Source: a virus
Length of the DNA stretch: 64,000 nt
IMG/VR virus record: IMGVR_UViG_3300032236_001082
Location: 32,001 to 96,000 of that record
Reading direction: 5' to 3' (one strand)
Under the pieces are notes generated by a model, which saw only the letters and a list, made by a program, of their open reading frames with translations, was not told the origin of the DNA and did not search any database. A program made the position numbers and the translations under genes. Shown here in pieces: positions 26,711 through 35,131 of the stretch; position 1 is the first letter of the stretch; every line of letters starts with the position of its first letter.

Positions 26711-26784
26711 CGATCTCAACGGGACTTGAACCCGCAACCTCTACCGTGACAGGGTAGCGATCTAACCAATTGATCTATGAGATC
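26711..26784 (-). tRNA. tRNA-Asp(GTC)
   Basis: CTACC-CTGTCAC-GGTAG. Confidence 0.92.
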
Positions 26785-26788
26785 CTAG

Positions 26789-26862
26789 TGGAACAGCTCG
26801 GACTTGAACCGAGGATTACCGAATTATGAGTTCGGGGCTTTAACCAACTAAGCTACTGTTCC
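26789..26862 (-). tRNA. tRNA(CAT) (Ile2 or Met)
   Basis: CCGAA-CTCATAA-TTCGG. Confidence 0.88.
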
Positions 26863-26864
26863 TT

Positions 26865-26941
26865 TGGTAGAATGTTTGCGAATTGAACGCAACTCTAGGG
26901 AGGATATAAGCCACCACCTGACCACCAGCCAGCCACATTCC
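26865..26941 (-). tRNA. Atypical tRNA-like gene, anticodon TAT (Ile)
   Basis: Acceptor GGAATGT/ACATTCT+ACCA, T arm TTGCG-TTCAATT-CGCAA, loop CTTATAT. Confidence 0.65.
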
Positions 26942-26942
26942 G

Positions 26943-27015
26943 CTGGGGTGACAGGGATCGAACCTGTGACACTTCGATTAACAGTCGAATGCTCTGCCTG
27001 CTGAGCTACACCCCA
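26943..27015 (-). tRNA. tRNA-Asn(GTT)
   Basis: TTCGA-CTGTTAA-TCGAA. Confidence 0.92.
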
Positions 27016-27020
27016 AAAGG

Positions 27021-27133
27021 GTACGGTAAGCAAATCCATCTGCACAGGCGTTGGGGTCTCTTACACCGCAAACGCTATAGCCGAGTATGTAATATGTAAC
27101 TATAACATCCTAAGAAAGTGTTGCTTACCGTAC
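27021..27133 (-). ncRNA. Candidate structured ncRNA with 13-bp terminal stem
   Basis: GTACGGTAAGCAA/TTGCTTACCGTAC; TATAAT just upstream on - strand. Confidence 0.55.
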
Positions 27134-27155
27134 TATCATATTATACTATTAAGGG

Positions 27156-27743
27156 TTATTTGATGTCAATAGTTTTGCCATTATAAGACGTGTCTGCATC
27201 TAATATTAAATTAGCTATATCTTCACGCATAGAATCTGTGATTGTGGCTGGGGATATTGAAAACATTGATTGATTATCTGATAATTGACTTGAAGCCGAT
27301 CTAACGAATGCTTCTACTCCCGCCTTTACAGCAGAATAGTGTGCATCTTGAATAGGGATATCAGCAGCAATTGATGATATAAATACTATTTGTCCATCAA
27401 ACTCAAGCATATGTGTTAGATTCATTATAAGTGAAATATAATTAATTAAGAATGCATCATAAAAACTTATCATTTCATCTTCAGCAACGTCTTTATAACT
27501 TCTACCCAAACCACTACCAGATAAAAATATTATCTTTGAGTAAAAATGTTTAGGAAGAAATGTAAAAAACATTTCTATAGAATGCTTATCATACAAATCA
27601 AGCTTAATCCAAGTGTAGTTATTGTATATCTTATCAACTTGTCTAAATGTCATTGCAGCGATTTCATAACCATTATTTTCTAATTTTGAAATGATAGGTT
27701 GAGCTAGGCTGGAAGTCCCGCCTATTATTAATACTTTTTTCAT
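27156..27743 (-). CDS. Short-chain dehydrogenase/reductase
   Basis: IIGGTSSL, ISS, YSAVK. Confidence 0.8.
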   Translation of the reverse strand: MKKVLIIGGTSSLAQPIISKLENNGYEIAAMTFRQVDKIYNNYTWIKLDLYDKHSIEMFFTFLPKHFYSKIIFLSGSGLGRSYKDVAEDEMISFYDAFLINYISLIMNLTHMLEFDGQIVFISSIAADIPIQDAHYSAVKAGVEAFVRSASSQLSDNQSMFSISPATITDSMREDIANLILDADTSYNGKTIDIK

Positions 27744-27749
27744 TTTATC

Positions 27750-28328
27750 CTATATCGTTGTATTGTTGGAAGATCGGTTTCCGTACCCCGCAGATGACTG
27801 TCCATCATTTTCATATGTCGCTCTTGACGGGAAATAATATCTTGCATCTTGCATTGTGGAATTAAATTCTGGTCCCATTTGACCTTTATTGGATGGAACA
27901 AAAACTCCATCCCAAATTGATTTTTTGATAGGAATGCAATTAGGAACTGTTTTGCCATCTTGTTCTTTTGTACCAGCATATTGATATCCTTCCCAACATG
28001 GTCCTTTACCTTTTGTAACACAATATGCACACTTTTCCGTATCAGAAATATAATGATGATCATTTCCTAAATCATCGCATCCGCATGTCATGCATTTATT
28101 AACCACGTTATTCTCCTTATACTCCTCTGGGGTTTTAGTAGTCCTAACTTCATCGCTAAGTAGGTCTATTTTGGGGTTATCTAGGCCTTTAAGGGCCTCT
28201 TCTGCCTCTTCCTTAGTAAGGTAACAACCTATTGATTGTCCCGTCCCAGACTTTAAAATAGAGTATCCGTGTTGACAATCTGGCGTACCAAACTCTATTG
28301 ACCAGCCATCTCCACCTGTAAATATCAT
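27750..28328 (-). CDS. Hypothetical, possible internal virion protein
   Basis: CWEGYQYAGTK...VPNCIP motif; KKSIWDGVF. Confidence 0.65.
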   Translation of the reverse strand: MIFTGGDGWSIEFGTPDCQHGYSILKSGTGQSIGCYLTKEEAEEALKGLDNPKIDLLSDEVRTTKTPEEYKENNVVNKCMTCGCDDLGNDHHYISDTEKCAYCVTKGKGPCWEGYQYAGTKEQDGKTVPNCIPIKKSIWDGVFVPSNKGQMGPEFNSTMQDARYYFPSRATYENDGQSSAGYGNRSSNNTTI

Positions 28329-29215
28329 TACCAGTTGTCTCCTGCATGATAATCAATTTTTTTCCAAATTGGTGTTGAATTGTTTACATAATCTTTTATA
28401 CATACATATAAGAAGGAAGAATCATGTGCGATCATACCCTCAACATCTCCAGATACTCCATAAGAATGTGCGGGAACAGAAGATTTTACAATAACAGATT
28501 TAATATCGCTATTGTAAGAAATTTCACCCGTTGAAGTATTATAAGATAATGGCTTTATGCCTGAAGATTGTGGTTTATAGCCTATACCATTTATATAAGT
28601 TTTACCACCATCTTGGTAGATACCATTAGATCCCCCACCAAAATAAATCTTACCTATGCCAGACTCTTCAACTAAACGCAAAACTACATTATCGTTTCCA
28701 TCATGCAATTCAATATTGTTTGCAATAATTGCGGGAAGCTGGGCTTGTGCAATACCATCAATAAAGAATACACCGTTATCAATAGTTAAAGCAACTTGCT
28801 GATTTGTTGTAGCGTCCGTAATATAGATAGTACCTTCACCGATTGAAATAGATTTCCATCTGTGTGTATCATTTCCAAGAGTGTAAGCATTGTCTGAGGC
28901 TGGGATCAGGTCTGTACCTATTACAGTTTTACCAGATCCATCTGTACCAATATTTTGTGCCATTCCCGTTCCAAAAGAAATATACCCTTTTGAAGAATCT
29001 TCAAAACCTCTTATTGAAAGTGTATTTGCAAGGTTAACATCACCAAGCCAAACATCATCACCAATTTTAACATTGGTTCCATTGCCGTTATTTGTTACAT
29101 ATAACTTATCATATGTATCTGTGGGGGTTCCATTTCCTGCTGGACCTTGTGCTCCAGTGTCACCTTTAGGCCCTGGGGCTCCTGTTCCTGGGGTGCTTAT
29201 ATGAATTCTAGACAT
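28328..29215 (-). CDS. Tail-fibre-like protein with short collagen-like N-terminus
   Basis: GAPGPKGDTGAQGPAG; LIP..DN.Y.LG....RW; G..G.IA.D...LYVC. Confidence 0.65.
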   Translation of the reverse strand: MSRIHISTPGTGAPGPKGDTGAQGPAGNGTPTDTYDKLYVTNNGNGTNVKIGDDVWLGDVNLANTLSIRGFEDSSKGYISFGTGMAQNIGTDGSGKTVIGTDLIPASDNAYTLGNDTHRWKSISIGEGTIYITDATTNQQVALTIDNGVFFIDGIAQAQLPAIIANNIELHDGNDNVVLRLVEESGIGKIYFGGGSNGIYQDGGKTYINGIGYKPQSSGIKPLSYNTSTGEISYNSDIKSVIVKSSVPAHSYGVSGDVEGMIAHDSSFLYVCIKDYVNNSTPIWKKIDYHAGDNW

Positions 29216-29499
29216 TAATCTTGCACCAAGATGACTGCAACTGATGGAGTACCACTTGCTGCGATTGCGTATAAGTCATCCCCTGCTGAAACATCAAGGC
29301 TAAGTGCTCCACCTGGAATTAATCTAAATCCATAAGAGCTAGAAGTTACATTAGAACCACCGATATAAATATTAATTGAAGAATCAACATTTTGCATAGA
29401 AACGGCTACATCTCTATTGTAAAATGGATCTATTGCTTCAGCAGTCAATTTGACTGGTGTAGAAGAATTAAGTGTTACTAAATTGTGTGTTAAAGACAT
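29215..29499 (-). CDS. Small beta-rich (likely structural) protein
   Basis: QN....IYIGG..VT...G..L.PG...DLYAI. Confidence 0.65.
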   Translation of the reverse strand: MSLTHNLVTLNSSTPVKLTAEAIDPFYNRDVAVSMQNVDSSINIYIGGSNVTSSSYGFRLIPGGALSLDVSAGDDLYAIAASGTPSVAVILVQD

Positions 29500-29532
29500 T
29501 ATTGGTACCTCCAGTACGTTTATATTATACCA

Positions 29533-29790
29533 TTATTGTTTATAAATATCACTCAAGATATCTTCATCTGGTTTAGATGGATCATTATCTGTATACAATG
29601 CCTTCAAAGCTTTTTTATTTTCCATCTTTTGTGCTGATTCTCCCATACCAATCATAAGCATGACAGAAGGAATAATTATATCAATTGGAAGGCTAGGAAA
29701 GTGTTTATTTATATATAGGATTAAAGCAGAAAGATACCCAGCTATTTTAGCTGGGTTCTTCCTAGTATAATTTGCTACTCTTGCCCACAT
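29533..29790 (-). CDS. Small membrane protein (holin-like)
   Basis: Two hydrophobic segments; leaderless. Confidence 0.55.
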   Translation of the reverse strand: MWARVANYTRKNPAKIAGYLSALILYINKHFPSLPIDIIIPSVMLMIGMGESAQKMENKKALKALYTDNDPSKPDEDILSDIYKQ

Positions 29791-29805
29791 GTATTAATTA
29801 TATCA

Positions 29806-30108
29806 TTAATTAGATGTAGGTGCTTTTTTGTCTACCGCTGCAAAAGCTGCATTAATTTCATCTACTGTAAGCTTGCCGTCATCTAGGAAACCACGTGCGA
29901 GTCTTTCGACTACAGTGGCTACGCCTAATGTGCCTGCAAGTATGACTGCTTTAGCAGTGCTTATGCCAACTACGGCACCCGCACCAATAACACTCAAACC
30001 AGAAGCAGCAAAAACAGCAACAATTCGCATGAATATGTTATTAATGCTTGCTATTGCACCAGATCCAACTTGTGTTGGCTCTTCTACAACTTTATCGTTC
30101 TTTGCCAT
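29806..30108 (-). CDS. Membrane protein with C-terminal EF-hand-like DDGKLT.DE
   Basis: Two TM segments. Confidence 0.65.
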   Translation of the reverse strand: MAKNDKVVEEPTQVGSGAIASINNIFMRIVAVFAASGLSVIGAGAVVGISTAKAVILAGTLGVATVVERLARGFLDDGKLTVDEINAAFAAVDKKAPTSN

Positions 30109-30112
30109 TTTG

Positions 30113-30295
30113 TTACTCCTTTCCTTTTGGATTTCTTAATCTATATGTTGCGACCCACAAGAAGATAGAGATAAGTATTGCATCTCCAACAACTGTTTTT
30201 GCAGATCCCGTCAAAACAAGCCATGCAGAGAATAGACCAACGAAAGTCCAAATCTGATTGGCTAGGTCTGACATTAAACCTTTAATTAGTTTCAT
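30113..30295 (-). CDS. Small two-TM membrane protein
   Basis: ORF track; coupled to 30292 gene. Confidence 0.6.
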   Translation of the reverse strand: MKLIKGLMSDLANQIWTFVGLFSAWLVLTGSAKTVVGDAILISIFLWVATYRLRNPKGKE

Positions 30296-32919
30296 TTGCC
30301 GAACCTCCTTCTAAGTGACGCTATTTGTCCTACAACAAGCGTAGTCACTAAGATTTTTTTAGCTTTCTTTCTTGTTACAGGCGACATATCGTTTCCAATA
30401 TTTGCCATCGCAACAAATGCTTGATTTACTGCTTCTATGCCAGGAACTGCAGCAAGTGCACCAGTTACTGGGGTTAAAACAACAGGGACAGCAATGTCTG
30501 GAGCATTAAAGCTAGTACCGCCTGGTTGTCCGATAAATGTATCAGCAGTTGTGATTGCATCTGCAGGTATTGGTAAACCAGATCCTGGAGGTGGGGGTGG
30601 AGGCGTAAGCTTTCCATCTTCTCCAACAACTTGAGGTGCACTCTTAGTACCAAAAAATTCAATACCACCATTTTCTACTCCTTTTACATCTTGTTGTATG
30701 TGTGGCACTAAAGCTTCTTTTGGGGCTTCCTTAACTACTGTATCTGAAAGTTGATCTGGGCTATTTGGCTTTACTCCAATAGCGTCTTGCTTTGCTTTAT
30801 CATCCGCCGCTTTTTGTGCATCAGCTTTAGCCTGTGCATCTTTTTGTGCTTGAATAGCAGCATCTGCTTGTGCCTTGGCATCTTTAGCTGCTTGATCCTT
30901 AGCTGCTTGATCCGCTGCAATTTTGTCTGCTTGGGCTTTTGCAGCATCTGCTGCAGCTTTAGCATTTGCTTCTTCTTGAGCTTTTTGAGCAGCCTCATCA
31001 GCTGCTTTTTGTGCAGCTATTGCAACATCTTGTTCTGCTTTTGCTTTTGCGTCCGCTTCAGCTTTTGCAGCATCTGCTGCTGCTTGTGCGTCTTTTGCTG
31101 CCTGAATTTTTGCATCTTCTGCAGCTTTATCTGCTGCTGCTTGAGCTTCTTTAGCTGCTTGTTCGGCAGCAATACGTGCATCTTCTGCAGCTTTAGCTTC
31201 TGCTGCAGCTTTCTCTTGTGCAGCTTTTGCATCTGCAATTGCTTGCTCAGCAGCTATTCTTGCAGCATCTGCTTTTGCTGCATTTTCTGCAGCAATTCTT
31301 GCTCTTTCTTCTGCAGCTGCCTTTTCTTGTGCAGCTTGTGTTGCTGCTTGTTCGGCAGCAATACGTGCATCTTCTGCAGCAATTCTTTGTTGCTCTGCAT
31401 AATAATCCGTTGTCACTTGAGCAGCATTTGTCATTGCAGTTACTGCTTCATTTACTTGTGTTGTTGCATTATTTGCTAAAGAGTCAGCAGTTTGCAATGC
31501 AATGGTTAGGTTTTGGTTTGCAGTTGTAAGGTTTTGCTGTTCTGTTGTGAGGTTTTGTTGAGCAATGGTTAGGTTTTGTTGAGCAGTATCATATGCTGCT
31601 TGAGCTGTATCAATAACAGACTGTTGTGCATCTACAGCATGGATAGCATCTTGCCAAGCTTGATAAGCAGCATTTCTTATTGCTAGCTGTGTGTCGTAGG
31701 CTGACTGAGTAGATATTACATTGGCTTTTGCTGAATCTGCTGCTGCAAGCTTAACTGGATCAACCGTTGTTGTATTTGTGCCAAACGCTGATGCACCAGG
31801 AGTTGTAAAATAACCAGTACCATCTGCTCTAAATATCATCCACCCAAGTGTACAGCTAGCACCCCCGCCATTTTCATAATACCAAATTACAAAGTCTTGA
31901 CTCTTATCAGTTGTAGTGTTATAAATTGGTGAATATGGACTCCAGGTTGTACCTTGATCACGCCAGTTGTTAATTGCTAATACGCCATCAACATACATTT
32001 TTGACCCGTCATCTGATGAGACTGCGTATTTAACAGCAACTGCTTCATTGGGTACCGTAATGGTTCCTTCATATTTTACAATAACGTGATCAGACAATCC
32101 AGAATTAAGTATTTGACCACTCCCCCAGTTTGCAGCAATATTAGGTAAAGTTATTACCTCTACTGGGGTCTGGTTAGCAATCACAGGAGCAGCCCCGTTA
32201 GTGGCACGATAAACAGTTGCCGTTACACCATTAGTGGTAACAGTTATAGTTCCATTATTTTGTAAATCAGTTACTGCATTTGTTAAATTAGTTTGTGCTA
32301 TTTGAACATTGCTCGTAGCAGTTCCAAGATTAGAATTTTCTGTATAAAAACCAGACTCTGCTGTTCTTTGAGTATCTTTAAGATCAGGCAATTTTGCAAC
32401 CTCAGATGTTAAAGTAGTTTGAGCATTATCAACAGTAACGGTTGCCGTGTCTACAATTGATTGCGCTATTACTACTGTTGCTGTTTGTGTCTCTACATTT
32501 GTTTGAGCAGCTATTACAACTTGCACAGCATTTTGTGCTGCAGATATAGTAGCTGTTGCTGATTCAATTTTAGGAGTAACCGCAGCCACTGCTGTAGCCA
32601 TTGGTTCCTGAGTCACTGCAATAGATATAGCGGTAGATGTATCCGTATTGGGTACATTTGCCTGAATAGTGTTTATTATGGCTTGAGATTGCTCCTGGGA
32701 AGCAGTTTGAAGTGCCACCTGGGCTGTTTCTATCTTAGCTTGAACTGTTGACACTGTGACTGTGGCAGTGTCTATAATATTTGTTGGGAGATCTGTTATA
32801 GGCTGGGATGTAGTAATAGGAGCAACCACCTCATCAGCATGAGCTCTATTTGAAGGGAAAAGAAATAGCAACCCTGTAGTAAACAAGGTTGCTATTATAA
32901 ATTTAATCTTTCTGGTCAA
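30292..32919 (-). CDS. Secreted PA14-domain protein with long Ala-rich coiled coil
   Basis: Signal peptide (AHA-D); SDDGSKMYVDG...W.DQ...YYENGGG; TolA-like AAEK repeats. Confidence 0.8.
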   Translation of the reverse strand: MTRKIKFIIATLFTTGLLFLFPSNRAHADEVVAPITTSQPITDLPTNIIDTATVTVSTVQAKIETAQVALQTASQEQSQAIINTIQANVPNTDTSTAISIAVTQEPMATAVAAVTPKIESATATISAAQNAVQVVIAAQTNVETQTATVVIAQSIVDTATVTVDNAQTTLTSEVAKLPDLKDTQRTAESGFYTENSNLGTATSNVQIAQTNLTNAVTDLQNNGTITVTTNGVTATVYRATNGAAPVIANQTPVEVITLPNIAANWGSGQILNSGLSDHVIVKYEGTITVPNEAVAVKYAVSSDDGSKMYVDGVLAINNWRDQGTTWSPYSPIYNTTTDKSQDFVIWYYENGGGASCTLGWMIFRADGTGYFTTPGASAFGTNTTTVDPVKLAAADSAKANVISTQSAYDTQLAIRNAAYQAWQDAIHAVDAQQSVIDTAQAAYDTAQQNLTIAQQNLTTEQQNLTTANQNLTIALQTADSLANNATTQVNEAVTAMTNAAQVTTDYYAEQQRIAAEDARIAAEQAATQAAQEKAAAEERARIAAENAAKADAARIAAEQAIADAKAAQEKAAAEAKAAEDARIAAEQAAKEAQAAADKAAEDAKIQAAKDAQAAADAAKAEADAKAKAEQDVAIAAQKAADEAAQKAQEEANAKAAADAAKAQADKIAADQAAKDQAAKDAKAQADAAIQAQKDAQAKADAQKAADDKAKQDAIGVKPNSPDQLSDTVVKEAPKEALVPHIQQDVKGVENGGIEFFGTKSAPQVVGEDGKLTPPPPPPGSGLPIPADAITTADTFIGQPGGTSFNAPDIAVPVVLTPVTGALAAVPGIEAVNQAFVAMANIGNDMSPVTRKKAKKILVTTLVVGQIASLRRRFGK

Positions 32920-32977
32920 TATTTGACCTCCATGTAGAAAGCGTCTACATGCTTATTATACCAGAATGACTACTTAA

Positions 32978-33496
32978 TTAGTTATCTGAAGTGTCTGCTG
33001 TATCTTTTGCTGTTACATACTTGTTATATGCTACAGGCCAATTTAATATAGCTTTTTGTGCATCAACTAACTTTAATGTTCCCGCACAAACTAAACGCTT
33101 TAATGCAGACTCTACAACATCTTTTTTACGTGCATTATTAGATGCATATGGCTCTGGCCAAAGATTTTTAGGATCTGTTGGATTACCGCCTAGTTGAAGA
33201 GAAATTAAATGATCTTCTTCATATGCTGAAGATGCTGTACCGAATTGTGCTTGAAGATACTTATAGTCTCCCGCCATTTGAGTTGCTTTTAATTTGTTAG
33301 TGTATGCTACTGTTGGTCTAATTGTTGATGTCCAATTTGCTTTACAAACATTATCTTTAATATTTGCTTGTGTTACTGCTGGGTTTAAAGCACCAGGAGT
33401 AAATTTAGCATTTGGTAAAACCCAATCTGGACCTGCTGCAACTGCAGTGCTACTAAAAGCAAAAGCTACAACTGAAGCTATAATTATTTTTTTCAT
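32978..33496 (-). CDS. Secreted HNH-like nuclease
   Basis: Signal peptide; TPG, YEEDHLISLQLGG...NLWPE...KD.VE..L..LVC. Confidence 0.7.
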   Translation of the reverse strand: MKKIIIASVVAFAFSSTAVAAGPDWVLPNAKFTPGALNPAVTQANIKDNVCKANWTSTIRPTVAYTNKLKATQMAGDYKYLQAQFGTASSAYEEDHLISLQLGGNPTDPKNLWPEPYASNNARKKDVVESALKRLVCAGTLKLVDAQKAILNWPVAYNKYVTAKDTADTSDN

Positions 33497-34041
33497 GCTG
33501 TGTACGCAGGTCTTCCAAATCCAACAACTACTGCCCACTTACCCTTTTTGTTACCTACTTTGTAACCACGAATGTTTGAAGCAACTTCTCCGCCATTTGC
33601 TGCTGATCCAGCTGGCTTTGAATCTGGGCTAGTGTTTCCTTCTACAGTTGTAATTGTGCCGTCTCCGTTATTCTTAAGAACAACTCCAACATGCTGAACT
33701 TGATCTGTAGGCTTTGCTTCTGCTGCAAAGTGAAAGAAAATAAGATCTCCTGGCTTTGGATCTGCTTTAGCAGCATCTGTCCATGTACCAGCCTTCTTAA
33801 ATGCGTCTGCTCCTGCTGGTGTATATACTACATTTGGGATAGTTACCCCTGCCTGCTTAGCACACCACATCATGAAGCTACCGCACCATGCTTGAAAATC
33901 ATGTCCTGTAAATTTACCGTAATCGGTCTCGTTGTCTTTTGGACCTTCAATAACTCCAACTTGAGACATTGCTACCTCAAGGAATCTTGCTGCTGATCCT
34001 GGCTTATTAGCCCCTACTGCTGGTACTGGTTTTGCTGTCAT
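33493..34041 (-). CDS. CHAP-domain endolysin
   Basis: A.SQVG..E...N, WCGSF..W, PGDLIFF, HVGVV, TVEGNT. Confidence 0.88.
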   Translation of the reverse strand: MTAKPVPAVGANKPGSAARFLEVAMSQVGVIEGPKDNETDYGKFTGHDFQAWCGSFMMWCAKQAGVTIPNVVYTPAGADAFKKAGTWTDAAKADPKPGDLIFFHFAAEAKPTDQVQHVGVVLKNNGDGTITTVEGNTSPDSKPAGSAANGGEVASNIRGYKVGNKKGKWAVVVGFGRPAYTA

Positions 34042-34100
34042 TTGTTTCTCCTTTTCATAAAACCTTATACTCTATTATACACTTAAAATCTTCAAAAACA

Positions 34101-34793
34101 TTACAATGTGCCCATAATATTTGGATCAGTAATGATTTCTTCTGTTAAGAATATCTCCCCGTCCTCTTCTTGAATGGATGGCTCATTAATATCTATGTCT
34201 TTTTTAGGGCTTAAAAAGCATATAAAATTCTTTCTTTCACCAGAAGTGACCTGTAATACTTGATGAGGCAAAGTGTGGTCACCCTCAAATATAATTAAAC
34301 TATTTTTTTTAGGTTTATATTTAATTTGCTGACGTGGAAAATTAAGTTCTCCGCCTTCGTAGTTATCCGTAAAGTATAATAAAGCTGATCTACAAACCCT
34401 ATCGTACTTTTTAGCTTTTAATTCATTTTTTTGAGATATATAATGATTGTCCATGTGTAAATCGCCAACGCCATCTTTATACATGGCTGCATACATGGCA
34501 TGTTTTATTCCAAATGGTTCATTATATATATCTGACACTACCTCGGATATTGAAGTGCATATGCTGGTAAATAAATCTAAACCCATATTATATTCGGGGT
34601 TGTCTCCATATTCTTCAAAAGAATTTGTAGAGTTTATATAACGTTGAGAGGGTCCGTATTTTATATTTGGATAGCGATCAAATTCTTTCAAATTGCTATC
34701 GAAGCATTTGGAAAGAAAATCAGACGTGGCATCTGATATAAAATCTTCTACAACGTAAAGTTTATTAAATTCTGTTTTTATTTCTTTTTTCAT
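34101..34793 (-). CDS. 2OG-Fe(II) oxygenase (P4H-like)
   Basis: HMD, YFTDNYEGGELNF, HQV...R. Confidence 0.88.
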   Translation of the reverse strand: MKKEIKTEFNKLYVVEDFISDATSDFLSKCFDSNLKEFDRYPNIKYGPSQRYINSTNSFEEYGDNPEYNMGLDLFTSICTSISEVVSDIYNEPFGIKHAMYAAMYKDGVGDLHMDNHYISQKNELKAKKYDRVCRSALLYFTDNYEGGELNFPRQQIKYKPKKNSLIIFEGDHTLPHQVLQVTSGERKNFICFLSPKKDIDINEPSIQEEDGEIFLTEEIITDPNIMGTL

Positions 34794-35071
34794 TATTTTT
34801 TCTTATTCTTTATATGAAAAACATCAAGATGCAACCTATTCTTGATTGATTTTGCTTCAGTTATCCACTTTTTAATATTAAACAAGTAGACTGATATATA
34901 GATTGTGGATCCAAAGATAAATCCCCATTGCTTAGTTTGAATGCTATATGCTACCCATGCACATTCTGTACAGATACCAACTGCATAGCCCCGCCAGTTT
35001 TTACGTCCAGTAAGGTATATACCTACAACACCAATTGCTGACAAAGCCCAAGACCATATTTGTGTATTCAT
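34793..35071 (-). CDS. PnuC-like small membrane protein
   Basis: WSW.LS.IG..G..L.GRK.W.G. Confidence 0.6.
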   Translation of the reverse strand: MNTQIWSWALSAIGVVGIYLTGRKNWRGYAVGICTECAWVAYSIQTKQWGFIFGSTIYISVYLFNIKKWITEAKSIKNRLHLDVFHIKNKKK

Positions 35072-35092
35072 TCTACTCCTATTATACCAAAA

Positions 35093-35116
35093 GGGCGGGA
35101 CAGTTAAGTCCCGCCC
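35093..35116 (-). terminator. Intrinsic terminator
   Basis: GGGCGGGAC...GTCCCGCCC then TTTT on - strand. Confidence 0.7.
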
Positions 35117-35131
35117 CCAAGGTTGTTTTGT

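Noticed and set aside
24999-27045. ORFs 25237-25428, 26848-27045 and the 5' part of 24774-25097
   Set aside because: Overlap tRNA genes.
30751-31529. Cys/Leu-rich + strand ORFs
   Set aside because: Antisense shadows of the Ala-rich coiled-coil gene; the same applies to 35163-35792.
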